Under the pieces are notes generated by a model. It did no database searches and had not been told where the DNA came from. It saw only the letters and a program-made list of their open reading frames with translations. Shown in pieces: positions 51,536 through 63,904 of a stretch of DNA of 64,000 bases. Position 1 is the first letter of the stretch, and each line of letters starts with the position of its first letter. Origin of the DNA: Malacoraja senta (Eukaryota); contig CM075995.1 in NCBI GenBank assembly GCA_038087875.1, positions 2,978,001 through 3,042,000 of the forward strand, given 5' to 3'. The position numbers and the translations under genes were made by a program.

Positions 51536-53084
51536 CTCTGTGGAGCAGCCCCTGTATGAGCTGCTCCTTTTGGATAACCTCTGGGGAACGGTATCCTGTC
51601 CCCGACGGGACTCTCGTGGCCCGACTCTACGGAGTCTATAGCCCTTACTGACTTGGCTTATGCCGACCGCCCGACTGGCGTTGGCTGTGTACCCGGCTGG
51701 GCACTTTGCCAAGTCTGTCGCCGCACCGCTACCGGCTTGCGACTCCCCCGAGGTGACAGGCTGCCTTTCAGAGATTGCGTCCCGCAGCTCTCTCTCTCCT
51801 TGTCGGCAGCAGCCTGCACCTTTTACTTGTTCCTGTCTATGGGGGGGAAAAAAACAAAAAAAAAACAGCAGAAACAATTTATTTACTTTTTCCTAACTCC
51901 TCCAAAGTCTCCCTGACTTTGGTGGAGCTGTATTTACTCCACGTTGCAGAAGGAGCTCCGAGCTCCCGCTGCCGTTGTCGCCAATGCGTCCGACGTAATG
52001 ACGCGCATGCGCCCTGACGGGGTTTCTTCACGTAGTCACTCACGTGACTCCGAAGTAAAATCTATCTATCGCTGCCTTAAATATATCCACTGACTTTGCC
52101 TCCATAGCCTTCTGTGGCAAAGAATTCCACAGAATTCACTTCCCTCTGACTAAAACAATTCCTCCTCATCTCCTTCCTAACAAAATGTCCTTTAATTCTG
52201 AGGCCGAATGGCCTGTTTCCATGCAGTATCTCTGAAGTCTAAAAACTAATTTCCGGCCAGCTCTTTCGTTCTCGATTGGATGACCTGATTCTTCGATATC
52301 TTTGACAGCTGATCAGACCATGAAACATAGCAGCAGTATTGGGCCATTCCGCCCATCGAGTTCTACTCGGCCATTCAATCATGGCTGATCTTCTATTCCC
52401 TTTCAACCCCATTCACCAGCCTTCTCATTGCTGCCAGTGTGTAGGCACAAAGCACAGTAATTTGCAGGTTACCTGAAAGAGCATTCTCCATACCGGTGGT
52501 CCGCGAGGATTTGTTAATAGTCCTCTACAACTGAGCGGCCAAATTCTGTTTAACCACCAACAAGTTTCCAGGTGACACCATTGTCAAAGGGTCGCAGAGT
52601 CTTACAACATGGAAACAGGCTCTTTGGCCGAACCTGCTCACTCCACCCTACATGTCCCCTTCTACACCAGTCCCACTAGCCTGCTTTTGACCCATAACCT
52701 TGTCAACCTATCCTATCCATGTACCTGTCTAAATGTTTTTCAAACACGCAGAATCCCTTGCCCAGAGCAACGGAATCAAGATCCCGGGGACAAAGGTTTA
52801 AGGTTAGGTGTGGGGGGGGGGGGGGGGGGGCTAGATTTAATAGGAACCTGAGGCTAACTTTTCACAGAAAGGGTGGTGGGTGTATAGAACGAGCTGCCGG
52901 AGGTAGCTGAGGTAGGTACCATCACAACATTTAAGAAACATTAGATGTGTACATGGATAGGACAGGTTTGGAGGGAACGCAGCAGCTGGGACTAGTGTAG
53001 CTGGGCCCTGTTGGCCGGTGTGGGTAAGTTGGGCCAAAGGACCTGTTTTCACACTGTATCACTCTATGACTATGACTCTAGTTA

Positions 53085-53908
53085 CAAGTTCATATTGATT
53101 GCCACATGCACCAATTAAGGTACAGTGGAATTTGACTAACCATGCAGCCATAACAAACAAAAGGGCACAATACACAATAGAATACAACATGAACATCCAC
53201 TGCAGTGGAATCACATTCATCACTGTGGTGGAAGGCAATAACTTTGTCAGTCCACCTCCTTTGTTCATCTGTGGTCGGGGCCCATGAACCCTCCGTAGTC
53301 GCCGCTATGGATGGGCTGATGTACAGGCCCTCTCGTCGGGATGCTCGAAACTCCGACGTCGGGACAGACGGACACTCCACGGCTTGGAGGTCCCGAATCG
53401 GCTGCTTCCTACCGGAGACCGCGGCTTCAGAACGTTATAGGCCGCAGGCCGGCGGTCGGAGCACTTCTTCTAGCGACCCCTGGCAAGGGCTCGACCGCTC
53501 CGCGGTGGAAAGTCCACGCCGCGCCCGCGGCTACAAGCTCCGCAGACCGCGGCTTCAGGATGTCGTAGTCCGCGGGCCAGCGATCGGAGCACTTCTTCTA
53601 GCGACCCCCGGCGAGGGATCGCCCGGCTCCGCGATGGAAAGTCGCTGCGCCCGCTGCTGATGCTCTGGGCCCGACTCCAGGAGAGGCCGCACCAATCCAA
53701 GCCGTTAGGCCGCGAGGGAGGGCGAAATGCAACTCGGAGAAAAGTCGCATTCCACCGAGGTAAGTGACTATAAAACAGCTTCCCCCAATTCCCGCCCCCA
53801 CACACCACACTAAAACAAACTAAAATATACTTTTAGACATACTAAAAACAAAAAAAGTGGAAAGGACGAACAGTTGCTGGCGAGGCTGCCGGCTCGCGGC
53901 GCCACCCG
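53085..53908 (-). mobile_element. GC-rich non-coding retroposon with Rex1-like tail, related to 33620-34456
   Basis: Same architecture and TTGCCTTCCAYCACAGTGA hairpin; internal 128-bp tandem duplication (53417 and 53545); tail TCCACTGTACCT..GTGGCAATCAAT. Confidence 0.6.
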
Positions 53909-54129
53909 TCTCGACCCGAAACGTCATCCATTCCTTCTCTCCAGAGATGCTGCCTGACCCACTGCGTCACTCCAGCTTTGTGTGACTATCTTCGGTGTAA
54001 ACCAGCATCTGCATTTCCTTCATACACATTTCTACAGGAGTGCCAGACTGATTGGGGTAGAAATCAATTAAATCAAACTCTTTAATTTCATATTGCAGTT
54101 ATTTGTCCACTGGTCTTAGTTAGAATATA

Positions 54130-54590
54130 AAACTTAGAACAGTACAGCAGAAGAACAGGCCCTTCGTCCTACACGTCTGTGCAAAACATAATGCCAAGAT
54201 CATCACTTATATGCCTGCACATCACCCATACCCCTCCATTCCCTGCATATCCATCTGCCTAGCCAAAATATTTTTTCACCGCCACTAACGTATCTGCTTT
54301 AAACATCACCCCCGACAACGTGTTCCAGGCACTCATCACCTTCTGCGTAAAAGACTTGCACCGCACATCCCCTTTAAACATTATCCTTCTTACCTGAAAG
54401 ATATGCCTGCTAGTATTTGTTATTTCCATGCTGGTAAAAAGATTCAGACTATCTACTCTTTCTATGCCTGTCATCATCTTATATATGTCTAACCGGCCTC
54501 CCCACAATCTCCGGAGTTACGGAGAAAATAGTCCAAGCCTGTCCAACCTCTCGCTGGAGCTAATGCCCTCTAATCCAGACATAATTCTGG
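54130..54590 (-). mobile_element. Old CR1 fragment
   Basis: ORF 54259-54507 IYKMMTGIERVD..FTQKVMSAWNTL. Confidence 0.7.
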
Positions 54591-54757
54591 TAAAGATAAA
54601 TACAAAATGCTGGATTAGGAAGCATCTTGCCTGATGCAGTCTGAGCCGCTGAGTGCCTCCAGCATTTTGTGTCTATCTTCAGTATAAACCAGCATCTGAG
54701 GTTCCTTCATAAGGTCATGTTATAGGAGCAGAATTAGGCCATTTGGCCCATCAAGTC

Positions 54758-54998
54758 TCATCATCAACGGCGGTCACTCGAAACGAGTATGACTGTCCTC
54801 TCATGGACTTTGTTTAACGTGGGGAGACTGGTGCACAGACAGCCACCACACGGTCCTTGACAGATCTGGGTCAGGATCCAGTGGCATGGAGTCCAAGACG
54901 ACCGGGGACACTTTTCTGCTGCAGCCTTCATCCGCCTTCCCAGCCGTTGTGACACTCCACTAAAGTCAGCCATCATCCTCCACCTGTTCCACCGTCAG
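54758..54998 (-). mobile_element. RTE-derived SINE-like element with (GAT)n tail
   Basis: 10-bp TSD CCATCAAGTC (54748-57 and 54999-55008); body as at 16035, tail as at about 11700. Confidence 0.78.
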
Positions 54999-55015
54999 CC
55001 ATCAAGTCCACTCCG

Positions 55016-57326
55016 CTGGGAAAGGGAGGGGGCGTCTGCCTCATGGTCAACTCTGCGTGGTGCTCAGACGTGGCAGTCCTATCCAACTCCTGCTCTCCAC
55101 ACCTCGAACATCTGGCGGTGAAGTGTCGTCCCTTCTACCTTCCGAGGGAATTCACCTCCATCATCCTGACCGCGGTCTACATCCCACCCCAGGCAGACGT
55201 CCGTCTGGCACTGGAGGAGCTGCACGCCGTGGTCAACAAACACCAGACGTCTTACCCCGAGGCGTTTACCACCATAGCTGGGGACTTCGACAAAGCAAAC
55301 CTCAAGAAATCGCTCCCTAATTTCCACCAACATGTCTCCTGCTGCACCAGAGGACCAAACACCCTCGACCACTGCTACACCAGCATCAAGAATGCCTATC
55401 GCTCTATCCCTCGCCCTCACTTCGGTAAATCTGACCATACCGCGGTGCTGCTTCTTCCTGCCTACAGGAAGGCACCGGGCATTCATGTCTGAAGATACCG
55501 AGGACTACAAGAAGTCCAGATACGACCTTAGTAAGGCCATCAAAAAGGTCAAAATGAACTTCTGCTCCAAGCTGGAGGATGAGACTGATGTTCGGCAGCT
55601 GTGGCGGGGCCTGAATGCAATCACCTCCTACAAGGCAAAATCAGGAGGCAGCTCGAATGTCGGCGTCACATCACTCCCTGACGAGCTCAATGCGATCTAC
55701 GTACGCTTTGAAAGGGAGAACACTGATGTGCCTTCCCGAGCCCCCATTCGCTGTGATGGTATTTCGGTCACGGTCACAGAGGTCGACATCAGAAAATACT
55801 TCAGAGGGGTGAACCCTCGAAAAGCGCCTGGACCTGATGGTATACCCAGTCGTGTTCTAAAAACCTGTGCGGACCAACTGGCTGGAGTTTTTACAGACAT
55901 TTTCAACCTCTCACTTCTGAGGTCTGAGTTACCTGCTTCAAAAGGGCATCAATTATACCGGTGCCCAAGAAGAGTAAGGTGACGTGCCTCAATGACTATC
56001 GAGCAGTGGCACTAACGTCGGTGGTGATGAAGTACTTTGTGAGGTTGATCATGGCGCAAATCAACTCCTACCTCGACAAAAAACCTGGACCCACTGCAGT
56101 TCGCTTACCTCCACAACAGATCAAGGGTGGATGCGATCTCGCTGGCTCTCCACTCCGTTCTGGACCACTTGGACAACAAAAACTCATATGTCAGGCTGTT
56201 ATTCATTGACTGCAGCTCGGCATTTAATACAATCATCCCCTCCAAGCTGGTTACCAAACTCTCAGAACTGGGTCTCTGCGCATCCCTCTGCAATTGGATC
56301 CTCGACTTCCTCATTCACAGACCACAGTCTGTCCGTATTGGTGGAAATGTGTCAGCCTCGATAACAATCAGCACGGGAGCACCTCAAGGCTGCGTGCTCA
56401 GCCCCCTGCTGTACTCACTCTATACTCATGACTGAGTAGCCGGTCATAGTGCGAACTCCATCATCAAGTTCGCTGACGACACCACTGTTGTGGGACGTAT
56501 CACTGATGGAGATGAGTCAGAGTATAGAAGTGAGATCGACCGTTTGACCAAATGGTGCCAGCACAATAACCTGGCTCTCAACACCAGCAAAACCAAGGAA
56601 TTGATTGTGGACTTTGGAAGGGGATGGATGGGGACCCACAGTCCCGTTTATATCAATGGGTTGATGGTGAAGGGGGTCAAGAGGTTCAAATTCCTGGGCG
56701 TGCATATATCTGAAGATCTTTCCTGGTCCGAGAACACTGATGCAATTATAAAGAAAGCACATCAGTGCCTCTACTTCCTGAGAAAATTATGGAGAGTCGG
56801 TATGTCAAGGAGGACTCTCTCGAACTTCTACAGGTGCACAGTAGAGAGCATGTTGACCAGTTGCATCGTGGCTTGGTTCAGCAACTTGAGCGCCCAAGAA
56901 CGGAAAAGACTGCAAAAAGTTGTAAACACTGCCCGTTCCATCATCGGCTCTGACCTCCCTACCATCGAGGGGATCTATCGCAGTCGCTGCCTCAAAAAGG
57001 CTGCCAGTATCATCAAGGATCCACACCATCCTGGCCACACACTCATCTCCCCGCTGCCTTCAGGTAGAAGGTACAGGAGCCTGAAGACTGCAACATGCAG
57101 ACTCAGGAACTGCTCTTCCCCACAGCCATCAGGCTATTAAACTCAACTCAAACAAAACTCTGAACATTAATAGCCCATTGCACTTTATCTGATTATTTAT
57201 GTGTGCATATATATATTCAATAGTATGTTCTGTATTTATTTATGCCTACAATATTCTGTTGTGCTGAAGCAAAGCAAGAATTTCATTGTCCTATCTGGGA
57301 CACATGACAATAAACTCTCTTGAATC
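55016..57326 (+). mobile_element. Rex1/Babar LINE (APE and RT, internally deleted)
   Basis: APE motifs GGGVCL, IAGDFD, TLDHCY, GKSDH; RT motifs [43 protein letters not shown]; tail GGGACACATGACAATAAA. Confidence 0.9.
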
Positions 57327-57659
57327 CTAACCCCATTCTCCTGCCTTCTCCCCATAACCCCTGGCACTTGTACTAACCAAGTACTTATGTGTACTAATGT
57401 GTACTTCCTACACATCATTCTGCTGAACTTCCTCTGCACTGTTTGCGAAGCTTCCATATCTTTCTTGTAATGGGGCCACCAGAACCGCACACCATACTCC
57501 AAATGCAGCCTAACCTGCATAAAACTGCATCATGACTTACTGACTCTTATACTCAATACCCTGACCCATGAAAGCAACCATCCCATAAGCTTTCTTTATC
57601 ACTCTATCTATTTGTATCGCCACTTTCAGGGAGTTATGGACTTGGACCCCAAGATACAC

Positions 57660-58320
57660 AGAATGATGCACAGAATCTCTTGCCCAGAGTCGGGGAATTG
57701 AAGACCAGAGGACATAGGTTCAAGGTGAAAGGGAAAAGATTTAATAGGAATCTGAGGGGTAACTTTTTCACACAAAGGGTGGTGGGTGTATGGAACAAGC
57801 TGCCAGAGGAGGTAGTTGAGGCTGGGACTATCCCAACGTTTAAGAAACAGTTAGACAGGTACATGGATAGGACAGGTTTGGAGGGATATGGACCAAGCTC
57901 AGGCAGGTGGGACTACTGTAGAAGGGACATGTTGGCCCAACTTGCCAATTCGGCCAACATGTCCCAGCTGCACTAGTCCTACCTGCCCGCATTTGGTCCA
58001 TATCCCTCCAAACCTGTCCTATCCATGTACCTGTCGAACTATTTCTTAAATGTTGGGCTATTCCCTGCCTCAACTACCTCGTCTGGCAGCTTGTTCCATA
58101 CACCCACCACCTTTTGTGTGAAAAAGTTACCCCTCAGATTCCTATTAAATCACTTTCCCCTTCACCTTAAACCTACAGTATGTCTTCTGGTCCTCAATTC
58201 ACCTACTCTGGGCAAGAGACTCTGAGCGTCTACCCGATCTATTCCTCTCATGATTTTATACACCTCTATAAGATCAACCCCTCATCCTCCTACGCTCCAA
58301 GGAATAGAGTCCCAGCCTAC
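57660..58320. repeat. Two CR1 3' fragments fused tail to tail, forming a long inverted repeat
   Basis: 57660-57943 (+) and 57950-58320 (-) are near reverse complements meeting at GGACATGTTGGCC..GGCCAACATGTCC. Confidence 0.85.
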
Positions 58321-58659
58321 TCACCGTGGGGTGGCTGTCTGTGCACCAGTCTCCCCACATTAAACAAAGTCACGCACAGGAATAGAGTCCCAACCTCTCC
58401 CAATAGCTCAGATCTAATAGTTCTAGCCTTGGCAACATCCTTGTAAACCTTCTATGTACCATTTCCAGCTTGACAATATATTACGCGGTGCTCACACAAT
58501 ACTCTGAATGCGGCCTCACCAACGTCTTATACAACTGCAACATGACCTCCCAACTTCTATACTTGATACTCTGACTGATGAAAGCCAATGTGCCAAACGC
58601 TTTTTTGACCAAATCTAGGTAAGCACATGGATATGCAGGGAATGGAGGATATGTGGATT

Positions 58660-59373
58660 CACCGTGGATTGTCACTTTGTCGTGGTGGAGAAGCTTGTGT
58701 GGTCCTGAGATCCTGAGAGCGATGCCGTCTGGAGCGATGTTGCTGGTAGGGCCACCCATGATGGTAAGGTCGAGGGGGAGGTCTCTGACAAAGAGCAATC
58801 CAACCAAGCCCTCAACGGTGGAACAGGTGGAGGACGCCGGCTGACTTTACTGGAGCGTCACAATAGACAATAGACAATAGGTGCAGGAGTAGGTCATTCG
58901 GCCCTTCAAGCCAGCACCACCATTCAATGTGATCATGGCTGATCATCCCCAATCAATACCCCGTTCCTGCCTTCTCCCCATATCCCCTGACTCCGCTATC
59001 TTCAAGAGCCTATCTAGCTCTCTCTTGAAAGTATCCAGAGAACCAGCCTCCAACGCTCTCTGAGGCAGAGAATTCCACACTCACAACTCTCTGTGTGAAA
59101 AAGTGTTCACTCATCTCCATTCTAAATGGCTTACCCCTTATTCTTAACGGCTGGGAAGGCGGATGAAGGCTGCAACAGAAAAGGGTCCCCGGTCGTCTTG
59201 GACTCCATGCCACTGGATCCCGACCCAGATCTGTCAAGGACCGTGGGGTGTCTGTCTGTGCACCAGTCTCCCCACGTTAAACAAAGTCACGCACAGGTGT
59301 CCTCCATATAGGGAATAGCACCCTGGAGGCACCCATGGTCAGCCATGACCGAAGGGGGCCTAAGAAGAAAGAA
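58660..59373 (+). mobile_element. RTE-derived SINE-like element interrupted by a CR1 tail (58862-59145 -)
   Basis: Homologous to 16035-16446; tail CCTAAGAAGAAAG; approximate TSD GGAGGATAT..GGATT. Confidence 0.75.
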
Positions 59374-60379
59374 AGGAGGATATGGATTAAGTGCAGGCAG
59401 ATCATAGTTGGTCCTGGCACAATGTGGAGAACAGACATTGTGACTGAAGGCACTACTCCTGGGCGGTACTGCTGCTCTATGCTCTAGGAATCCTTGTTTA
59501 TTCCATTTGACTTTTCTGGGAGAGTGTAAGTAAAGGAAATGAATGAGGACAATAGGGAACAAACAAAAGAATCCTGGAACTAAGAGCAGCAGACATAACA
59601 GCTGCTGAAAGTCTGAAATAACAGGAAATGCCCAGCAGATCAGACAGCATCTGTGGTGAAAGATAAAATGAGTGGGTGCCACTTTCTGACACAAAGAGGA
59701 AAGGCCAACGATCCTAAACGGTTTTAGCCATGGATTTTTAAATCCCTAATAGGATATTTTGTCAGTTCTTAAAAATCAGAAAGTAAGTTTGCAAAGTAAA
59801 TTAATGATTAGTACGGGTGTCAGGGGCTATGGGGAGAAGGCCTGATTAGTATGGATGTCAGGAGTTATGGGGAGAAGACTGGAGAATGAGGTTAGGAGAG
59901 ATAGATCAGCCATGATTGAATGGTGTAGACCTGATGGGCCGAATGGCCTAATTCTACTCCTATTCCTTAGGAACTTATGAAAAGCAGTTCTGATGAAGGG
60001 TCTTTCAACTGAAAAATGTACACTGTTTCTCTTTTCACAGATGACACTGGACCTGCTGAGCATTTTCTGGGGATTTCTTCAGATTTCTTAGCATCTGCAT
60101 TTCCTTTTTCTTTTGTCAGACACTTCACGGCGTTGTGCGTATTGACACAATAGGACCGCTCCCCACACGTCAGAATAGGATTGGATGGCCAATCTTTCGT
60201 GCGTGTATAATTGTATCCTTGACTAAAAGATAAACTGACTCACTGTCCATCTAGTGTGAAATGGTGATTGATGGTCAGCGTGGACTTTGTGGGTGGTATG
60301 TCTTATTTTCATTGCATTGCTGAACTAAACTACACTAAACTAAACTAAACTAAACTAAGAGGCAGAGGAGGTAGTTGAA

Positions 60380-60590
60380 GCAGCACGGTGGTGCAGCAGT
60401 AGAGTCGCTGCCTTACAGCGCTTGCAGTGCCCGAGACCCGGGTTCGATCCCGACTGCGGGTGCTGTCTGTATGGTCTTTGTATGTTCTCCCCGTGACCGC
60501 GTGGGTTTTCTCTGAGATCTTCGGAATCCCCCCACACTTCAAAGACGTACAGGTTTGTAAGTTAATTGGCTTGGTATAAATGTAAAATTT
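60380..60590 (+). mobile_element. V-SINE, 3'-truncated
   Basis: A box, B box GGTTCGATCC, V domain. Confidence 0.82.
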
Positions 60591-60591
60591 G

Positions 60592-60763
60592 AAAAAAAAA
60601 TCACGTGTGGTTAAAGTACACATTGTCAGATTTTAATAAAGGCCATTTTTATACATTTTGGTTTCACCATGTTGAAATTACAGATTACCAATCTCAAATT
60701 GTGGAGTACAGAGGCAAATAAATAAATGATGGGTCTTTGTCCCAAACATTATGGAGGGCACTG
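60592..60763. mobile_element. Tc1-like transposon end remnant
   Basis: Terminus ..TTTGTCCCAAACATTATGGAGGGCACTG|TA (reverse complement CAGTG start with TA flank). Confidence 0.55.
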
Positions 60764-60859
60764 TAATTTGATGGCACCATACCTTTTGTGGTGGTTAGTA
60801 AAATACCTTTTTGGTGGTCAGATCGACTTCAGGAAGCGAAGCAGTACACAGTTTTGGGG

Positions 60860-61370
60860 ATGATGTGCTGGCTCTGGAGAGGGTCCATAGGGGGTTTGCG
60901 AGAATGAACCCAAGAATGAGTGATTAACATATGATGAGCGTTTGACGGCACTGGGCCTGCACTCGCTGGAGTTTAGAAGGATGAGGGGGGACCTCGGAGA
61001 AAAGTATTGAATAGTGAAATGCCTGGATAGAGTGGATGAGGAGAGGGTATTTTCCCTAATCGTAGAGCCTAGGACAAAGCCTCAAAATAAAAGCCTCAAA
61101 ATAAAAGGATGTACCTAAAAATGAGATGCGGAGGAATTTCTTTAGTAAGAGTGTGGTGAATCTGTGAAATTCAGTGGAGGCTGTGGAAGCTGTCAGTGGA
61201 TATTTTTAAGGCAGAGATTGACAGATTCTTGATTAGTATGGGTGTCAGGGGTTATGGGGAGAAGGCAGGAGAATTGGGGTTGGGAGGGAGAGATAGATCA
61301 GCCATGATTGAATGGCAGAGTAGACTTGATGGGCCGAATGACCTAATTCTGCTCCTGTAACTTATGAGTT
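60860..61370 (+). mobile_element. CR1 3' fragment
   Basis: CTGGAGTTTAGAAGGATGAGGGGGG..GATCAGCCATGATTGAATGG..GGGCCGAATG. Confidence 0.8.
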
Positions 61371-61751
61371 AATGAACTAGCTTTCTTGGGTCAGGCATAG
61401 ATTAGATTCAACCAATTTGGCATGACTCCAATCGCACTGATGAAACACAAGGACTACCGAACAAAACATTTCAACCACAGACGTTTGAGGTATTTGGGAA
61501 CTAATGGGGTTCTGGATTCTGCGCGTTATTTCTGCTGTTAACGTAAAGCTGGTTAATCCTCATCCAGGTAAAGGTGGTCAGGGCAATGGTGGGAAATGGT
61601 ACTCTCTAATGTATTTCTCTGCTGCATGAGTAATTTCTCATGGCTCTCAAAGAGTGTTAAGAATAATTTGATGCGAACAAATGCATTAAGTATGAAATTG
61701 CCAGTAATTCTTCGGGCTCAAGTGTTCTTGGAAGTTCTCTTGGAAGCATAC

Positions 61752-61755
61752 GTGT

Positions 61756-61786
<31 letters not shown>

Positions 61787-61962
61787 CATGTGTTTCTGTG
61801 TGTGCGTGTGCATGCATGTATGCACGTGTTTGTTTGTGTTTGTGTGTGTAGGTGTGTGTGTGTGTGCACATGTGCGTGTGCGCGTGTGTGTGCGCGTGCG
61901 TGCATTTGTTTATGTGTGTGTGTGCGTAGGTGTGTGTGCGTGTGTGTGTGCGTGCGTGTGTG
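61752..61962 (+). repeat. Compound (TG)/(TGCG) microsatellite
   Basis: Alternating purine-pyrimidine tract. Confidence 0.92.
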
Positions 61963-62423
61963 CTTATGTTGTGATTCTACAAGACAGCAGAATCATATTG
62001 TCTGCCTGCTTCATTACCAATGTAATGATTTCATAGACTTTCATTTTGCATCATGTGCAGACACAACATGCAATGAGTGTGCAGTCTTTTAAATAAACCT
62101 CCATCTCTTTGTGTACACATGCTATGTTTCAATACATTCCAAAGACATTACTTTAAAAAGAGGATGAGCAATTTATTTGAGTTGGGGTGCCAACCTTTCA
62201 TGAGTAAATTCCAAGAGACATTGTCACATCATGTTCTATCATGAGTTATGTCAGATGCAATCACCCACATCATACAAGATGAAACCAAACAACTAGATGA
62301 TCATGTCCTCTGAGTTATTGCCATTCTGACACACTGAATTAAATCAAATCAAATCCAATGCTTTGCCTGAGCTGTCCAAATGCCATGTAAGAAATGGAAA
62401 GGACCGCTAATTCTAACGTCATT

Positions 62424-62762
62424 TTAGTTTAGTTCAGTTTCGTTTAGTTTTGTTTAGTTTAGTTTAGAGATACAGCACGGAAACAGGCCCTTCGGCCCAC
62501 CGAGTCCCTGCCTACCAGTGATCCCAGCAAATTAACACTATCCTACACACAGCATGGAAAATTTATATCTCTAGAAAACCAATTAACCTACAAACCTGTA
62601 CGTCTTTGGAGTGTGAGAGGAAACCGAAGATCTCGGAGAAAACCCACGCAGGTCACGGGGAGAACGTACACACTCCGTAAAGACAGCACCCATAGTCGGG
62701 ATCGAACCTGGGTCTCCAGCGCTGCAAGGCAGCAACCCTACCGCTGCGCCATCGTGCCGCCA
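62424..62762 (-). mobile_element. V-SINE flanked by an about 110-bp direct duplication
   Basis: Full head, V domain and (CTAAA)n tail; flanks 62306-62417 and 62765-62876 are homologous. Confidence 0.85.
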
Positions 62763-62884
62763 CCTCCTCTGACCTATTGCCATTCTGACACACTGAACTA
62801 AATCAAATCAAACGCAAGGCTTTGCTTGTGCTGTCCAAGTGCCACATAAGAAATGGAAAGGGCCGCTAATTATAATGCAGCTAT

Positions 62885-63330
62885 AGTTTAGTTTATTGGC
62901 ACGTGTACTGAGGTATAATGGAAAGCTTTTTGTGGCGTGCTTTTCATTGCGTGCTAACTAGTCAGCAGAAAGGCTATACATGATTACAATTGAGCTGTCC
63001 ACAGTGTACAGGGAATAACATTTAGGGCAAGATAATGTTCGGTAACCTCCGATTAAAGGTGGTCCGAGGGGCTCCAATGAGGTAGATAGTAGCTCAGGAC
63101 CACTCTCTAGTTGTTGATGGGATGGTTCAGTTGCCTGTTCAGAGCTGGGAAGAAACTGTTCCTAAATCTGGAGGTGTATGTTTTCACATTTCTCTACCTC
63201 TTGCCTGATGGGAGAGGGGGAGAAGAGGGGGGTGAGCCTTGTCCTCGATTGTGCCGGTAGCCTCGCCGACGCAGCGTGAGGGTGTAAATGTAGTCAATGG
63301 AACGGAGATTGGTTTGTGTCATGGTCTGGA
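62885..63330 (-). mobile_element. Rex1/Babar 3' end
   Basis: Reverse-complement homolog of 43535-44048. Confidence 0.75.
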
Positions 63331-63774
63331 CTGGATGCAGCCCGATAAAATGCATTCTACAACGCAGCTGTGGAAATAAATATGTGTGTAGGATAGTGTT
63401 AGTGTATGGGATGATTGCTGTTCGGCGCGGTCTCGGTGGGCCGAAGGGCCTGTTTCTGTGCTGTACCTCTGAAGTTTAAAGTAAAGAGACATGTATAGGA
63501 CAGGTTTAAAGGGAAATGGGCCAAACACAGGCAGGTGGGACCAGTGTAGCTGGGACATGTTGGTCGGCAAGTTGGGCCGAAGGGCCTGTTTCCACGCTGT
63601 ATGACTCTATGACTCTATGGTAATCACAAACTGCCATGATATTAATTATTTTCCAGAGTACTGTATCTTAAGTGATCTAAATTGATGGAAGATGTTCATT
63701 TTTTGCTTTTTGAAAGGGAACTTTCCCTGGCATTTCTCTGTAAGTCCAAGAGGATAAAATATAATTCAGCTATT

Positions 63775-63904
63775 GTGTAGAAAGGAGCTACAGATGTTGG
63801 TTTATACCAAAGATAGACACAAAGTGCTGGAGTAACTCAACGGCTCAGGCAGCATCTCTGGAGAAAAAGGTGATGCTTCAGTTCAGGACCCTTCCTCAGA
63901 CTGA
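63775..63904 (-). mobile_element. Penelope-derived terminal unit
   Basis: GATAGACACAAAGTGCTGGAGTAACTCAA..GGCAGCATCTCTGGAG..GACCCTTCCTCAGACTG. Confidence 0.65.

Larger units (their letters stand above)
47229..52061 (-). mobile_element. Full-length DIRS1-type tyrosine-recombinase retrotransposon (decayed)
   Basis: Inverted terminal repeats (47302-47336 vs about 51999-52034), ICR at 47458-47569, AAT at both ends; gag-like, RT, RNase H, MT and YR remnants in order; inserted in a CR1 tail. Confidence 0.93.

Noticed and set aside
53755..53768. U1 snRNA-like ACTTACCT on the minus strand
   Set aside because: Only 8 nt match, the rest does not follow U1, and the related element has CTTCCCT at this position.
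61596..62092. Cys/Val-rich ORFs
   Set aside because: They are translations of a TG/TGCG microsatellite.
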